From: Nitrospirota bacterium
GTDB lineage: Bacteria; Nitrospirota; UBA9217
Length of the DNA stretch: 64,000 nt
Assembly (NCBI GenBank): GCA_963737155.1
Contig: CAVTRN010000002.1
Coordinates: 288,001-352,000 of the forward strand
Direction: 5' to 3'
Shown here: positions 60,990 to 64,000 of the stretch, in pieces
Layout: every line of letters begins with the position of its first letter
How positions within the stretch are numbered: position 1 is the stretch's first letter
Notes under the pieces: generated by a model
The model's database searches: none
What the model was told of the DNA's origin: nothing
What the model saw: the letters and a program-made list of their open reading frames with translations, nothing else
Translations under genes and position numbers: made by a program

Positions 60990-61451
60990 ATGCAGAGGCT
61001 CATTGTGCTGATCTTGGTGTTGGGGACGGGCGTGTGGCTCAGCCAGACCGCAATTGCTGGCGGCGACTGGAACGACGCCGACATTAACTGGCAGCCCTAT
61101 GAGCAAGGGTTGGCCATGGCGAAAGAGGAGAACAAGCCCGTGTGTCTCATCTTCTACACCGAGTGGTGCCCGCACTGCATCAACTACAGCAAGCTGTTCC
61201 ACAATGATAACGTGGTCGAGCGAACGAAACAGTTTATCATGATTCGCGTCGATAATGACAAACACCCGGACCTGCGCATGAAGTATGCATCGGACGGCCA
61301 GTACATCCCGCGAACGTATTTCCTGTCACCTGAAGGCACGCTCGATACGTCGATCCACGTGGCACGCGACCGCTACATGTACTTTTACGACGAGCACAAT
61401 CCATCCGCGTTGCTGGACGGTATGAACCAAGCATTACAGAAGCTGCGCTGA
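60990..61451 (+). CDS. Periplasmic thioredoxin-family protein
   Basis: Signal peptide, WCPHC, YIPR. Confidence 0.9.
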   Translation: MQRLIVLILVLGTGVWLSQTAIAGGDWNDADINWQPYEQGLAMAKEENKPVCLIFYTEWCPHCINYSKLFHNDNVVERTKQFIMIRVDNDKHPDLRMKYASDGQYIPRTYFLSPEGTLDTSIHVARDRYMYFYDEHNPSALLDGMNQALQKLR

Positions 61452-61571
61452 GAAGAGAACGCATCCGGGGTCAGTGTCGCTCCGCACGTATAAACGGGTT
61501 CACTTACTCCCATCCGTTGCTGAATGGAAGAGTTATCATTGCTGAAAAAGCCTTTGAAAAGACGATATCCT

Positions 61572-62552
61572 ATGACAATTAAAATTCTATCTTTAGACGG
61601 CGGGGGGATACGGGGAATTATACCCGCAACAATCTTGGCCGAAATAGAGGGCCGGACGAAGAGGCCTATCAGTTCACTGTTCGATCTCATTGCGGGAACG
61701 TCAACGGGCGGCATCCTTGCCCTCGGACTAGCAAAGCCGAATAACGGCAAACCCAGCTACAGCGCACGCGACTTCGTCCAACTCTACGAGGACAAAGGAG
61801 AAAGGATCTTTTCGCATTCCCTCTGTTACGAGATCCGCTCACTCCGGGGATTGAGGGAGGAGCGTTATCCGTCGAACGGCATCGAGGCCGTATTGGATGA
61901 GTACTTTGGCACCGCGAGACTTTCCGAATCGTTAACGGACCTCTTTATCACGAGCTATGAAATCGAAAGCCGTGATCCTTTTTTCTTCAGAACCACGAAA
62001 GCGAAAAACGACCCGGCCTACGATTATCTGATGAGGGACGTTGCCCGCGCCACCTCAGCGGCCCCGACCTACTTCGAGGCGGCCAAAGTGCGTTCCGTAA
62101 AGCAGGCTGCAGGTAACGATCGTTTGGACTATTACGCCCTTGTCGACGGGGGAATGTTCGCGAACAACCCGGGCATGTGCGCGTTCGTCGAGGCGAAGGC
62201 CGACAGAACAATCAACAAACGGAGCAAGGAGGATGTACTGATGGTATCGGTCGGGACCGGTCAGCTTACCAGGACGCTTCCTTACACGAGGGTAAAAGAT
62301 TGGGGCATTGTGCAGTGGGCGAAACCGGCGTTGGACGTCGTTTTCGACGGGGTGAACGACACGATCGATTACCAGCTGAGACTATTATTGACTGAGGACA
62401 GTTATTACCGCTTCCAAGTCAGCCTCGAGATTCTGGGCAGCGATGATATGGACAATACAACCGAGCAGAATTTGCACGAGCTGAAAGCAGTCGCAGAGGA
62501 ATTGATCAAAAAAGAGAGTGAAATGCTGGATCGTTTGTGCGAAAAACTATAA
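61572..62552 (+). CDS. Patatin-like phospholipase (CapV-like)
   Basis: DGGGIRG, GTSTG, SAAPTYF, DGG. Confidence 0.9.
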   Translation: MTIKILSLDGGGIRGIIPATILAEIEGRTKRPISSLFDLIAGTSTGGILALGLAKPNNGKPSYSARDFVQLYEDKGERIFSHSLCYEIRSLRGLREERYPSNGIEAVLDEYFGTARLSESLTDLFITSYEIESRDPFFFRTTKAKNDPAYDYLMRDVARATSAAPTYFEAAKVRSVKQAAGNDRLDYYALVDGGMFANNPGMCAFVEAKADRTINKRSKEDVLMVSVGTGQLTRTLPYTRVKDWGIVQWAKPALDVVFDGVNDTIDYQLRLLLTEDSYYRFQVSLEILGSDDMDNTTEQNLHELKAVAEELIKKESEMLDRLCEKL

Positions 62553-63153
62553 TTCAGTGATTTGTGAGGTTTCAGACCGATCTAGGTTCTTTGCCAAGAG
62601 GCTGGGCTAAAATAGAAAGACGTTATTTTGACAATGCGGTTAGCGTGAATTTGTCATGATCCTGACATGCAATGATTAAACCGGTATTCTTTGCCCTTGT
62701 CAAAATATCGGCAGTCTAGCAAGAGATGCAGAAATGATTTGATATTCGATGGAGGTGCTGCTGCATCATCTAGATGCCGTTTTCCCGAGGGGCGAGCCAT
62801 TTTCCGTGAAACAGGCACTTATGAATTGGAGCCAAGTGGTCTGGAAGCAGGCAAACAAATACGGGTTTAAATCTTCCTGTTCCCGTGTCCGCTCTTAATG
62901 GTGATCCTTTTATTCCTTCCGTAACTGCTCATTGACCTGAGTAGTTATAAAAAATCAACATACCAAAATCTCATAACTGCCGATAAGGATAAGCATATAT
63001 GCAAGGGTTTCAATATTAGCTCATAGTTATTTAAAAAAGCAGCATCATGAAATAATATTTTATACGAGAATGTTCATAAATATCAACCTGATACGAAGTC
63101 GCACAGAAGGGTCTATTTTATAGTATTTATCATGTTGATGAGAATAGTATATA

Positions 63154-63627
63154 ATGACAACGTTATTGTTCAATTACGTTGTGAGGTTAATGCATGGTTT
63201 TAATATGAGTATATACAAAGAATATTTTGAATATCTAGCAATATTTTATATCATTATTTTTTTCACTGCGGCTCCTTGTGTCGCAGGGGATAATACTAAT
63301 CTTATGTCTTATGAAACAGACACGATAATGAACACCTTATCGAACAATTTGACCAAAACAAATGATCCACCTTCAAAATTATTAACTGACGATTCCTATT
63401 TTACTGGATATTTTCCAAGTTCAAGAAGCTTATCCGATAATTTCGATAGAAAATATAATTTATTACCGATGTCTGTGGACGAATGTTTCTTAGATAAGGC
63501 TGCTATTACAATCGGTAAATACGGAGACAATATCACATGGAGTTTTGTCCCATTATTTAATGCGTCAGGTTACAACCCAATAGACGCTATTAGAAATTTT
63601 CAGGTAAAGTGCCAGTTTAAATTCTAG
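63154..63627 (+). CDS. Hypothetical secreted protein
   Basis: Hydrophobic N-region, C-terminal Phe; start uncertain. Confidence 0.5.
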   Translation: MTTLLFNYVVRLMHGFNMSIYKEYFEYLAIFYIIIFFTAAPCVAGDNTNLMSYETDTIMNTLSNNLTKTNDPPSKLLTDDSYFTGYFPSSRSLSDNFDRKYNLLPMSVDECFLDKAAITIGKYGDNITWSFVPLFNASGYNPIDAIRNFQVKCQFKF

Positions 63628-64000
63628 TTTTTTGCCGGCATTGAAAAGTATGAATGCTCATTTCTCCTGTATTGAGGTGAATAACATAGCGTATTATTGT
63701 CACTATGTGTCTAGAAGAAGGGATTAACGCCGTTTATCCATGCTAAACCGCACAATGTAGTACAAGAAACAGAGCATAAACCCTGACATTTAGGGTGGAA
63801 ATGACCGCAATCTCAGCCACCAAACAATTTTAGGCAGCCAAATGTCGGAAGAGTAGGGGAGTAAACAGTCGCGCGAACATGTCAACTGTTGCGGGGATTT
63901 AAAATATCGTGCATGGGGGAGATGCTGCCCTCTTGGCCTGGGGACAGATATGGTGCGGCAGGCAGCCATTGTTCTTTAAGGCGAAAAGTAATCACCAAAA

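Noticed and set aside
62962-62986. Third sigma28 promoter (GCCGATAA)
   Set aside because: No TAAA at the 15-nt spacing.
1-64000. CRISPR array for the RuvC protein
   Set aside because: No regularly spaced direct repeats seen; the scaffold occurs only twice, 13 kb apart.

Overview
Bacterial chromosome segment, probably from a Nitrospirota- or Desulfobacterota-like anaerobe (inferred from gene content only). Bases 1-17445 are one GC-rich operon: a 5'-truncated giant DUF11/SdrD-B/OmpA/beta-barrel surface protein, four periplasmic/TPR proteins, a small GltF-like protein, ExbB/ExbD/ExbD and an AgmX/PglI-type TonB-like protein (an Agl-Glt-like core). The rest is a more AT-rich accessory mosaic. It is punctuated by four degenerate tRNA-fMet 3' halves and holds an intact ISL3, an intact IS3, remnants of IS481/IS110/ISL3, many pseudogenes, c-di-GMP/chemotaxis fragments, a LysR, a FliA-promoter lipoprotein, HU, a NitT/TauT ABC transporter, an MFS, an Mla/Pqi-like operon, a type IV pilin, a thioredoxin and a patatin. 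Three observations stand out. (1) A Tat-exported protein is split by an in-frame TGA followed by a SECIS-like hairpin (candidate new selenoprotein), on the same strand as and about 3 kb downstream of a decayed rhodanese with stop codons in its active-site loop. (2) A long TnpB-like RuvC gene is inserted into an HU gene copy, and its predicted guide matches the intact HU gene at 19/22 nt. (3) An orphan 93-bp copy of that TnpB's omega-RNA/right-end scaffold, with a different guide, sits between the ABC operon and the candidate selenoprotein gene. All assignments are by eye; no searches were run.
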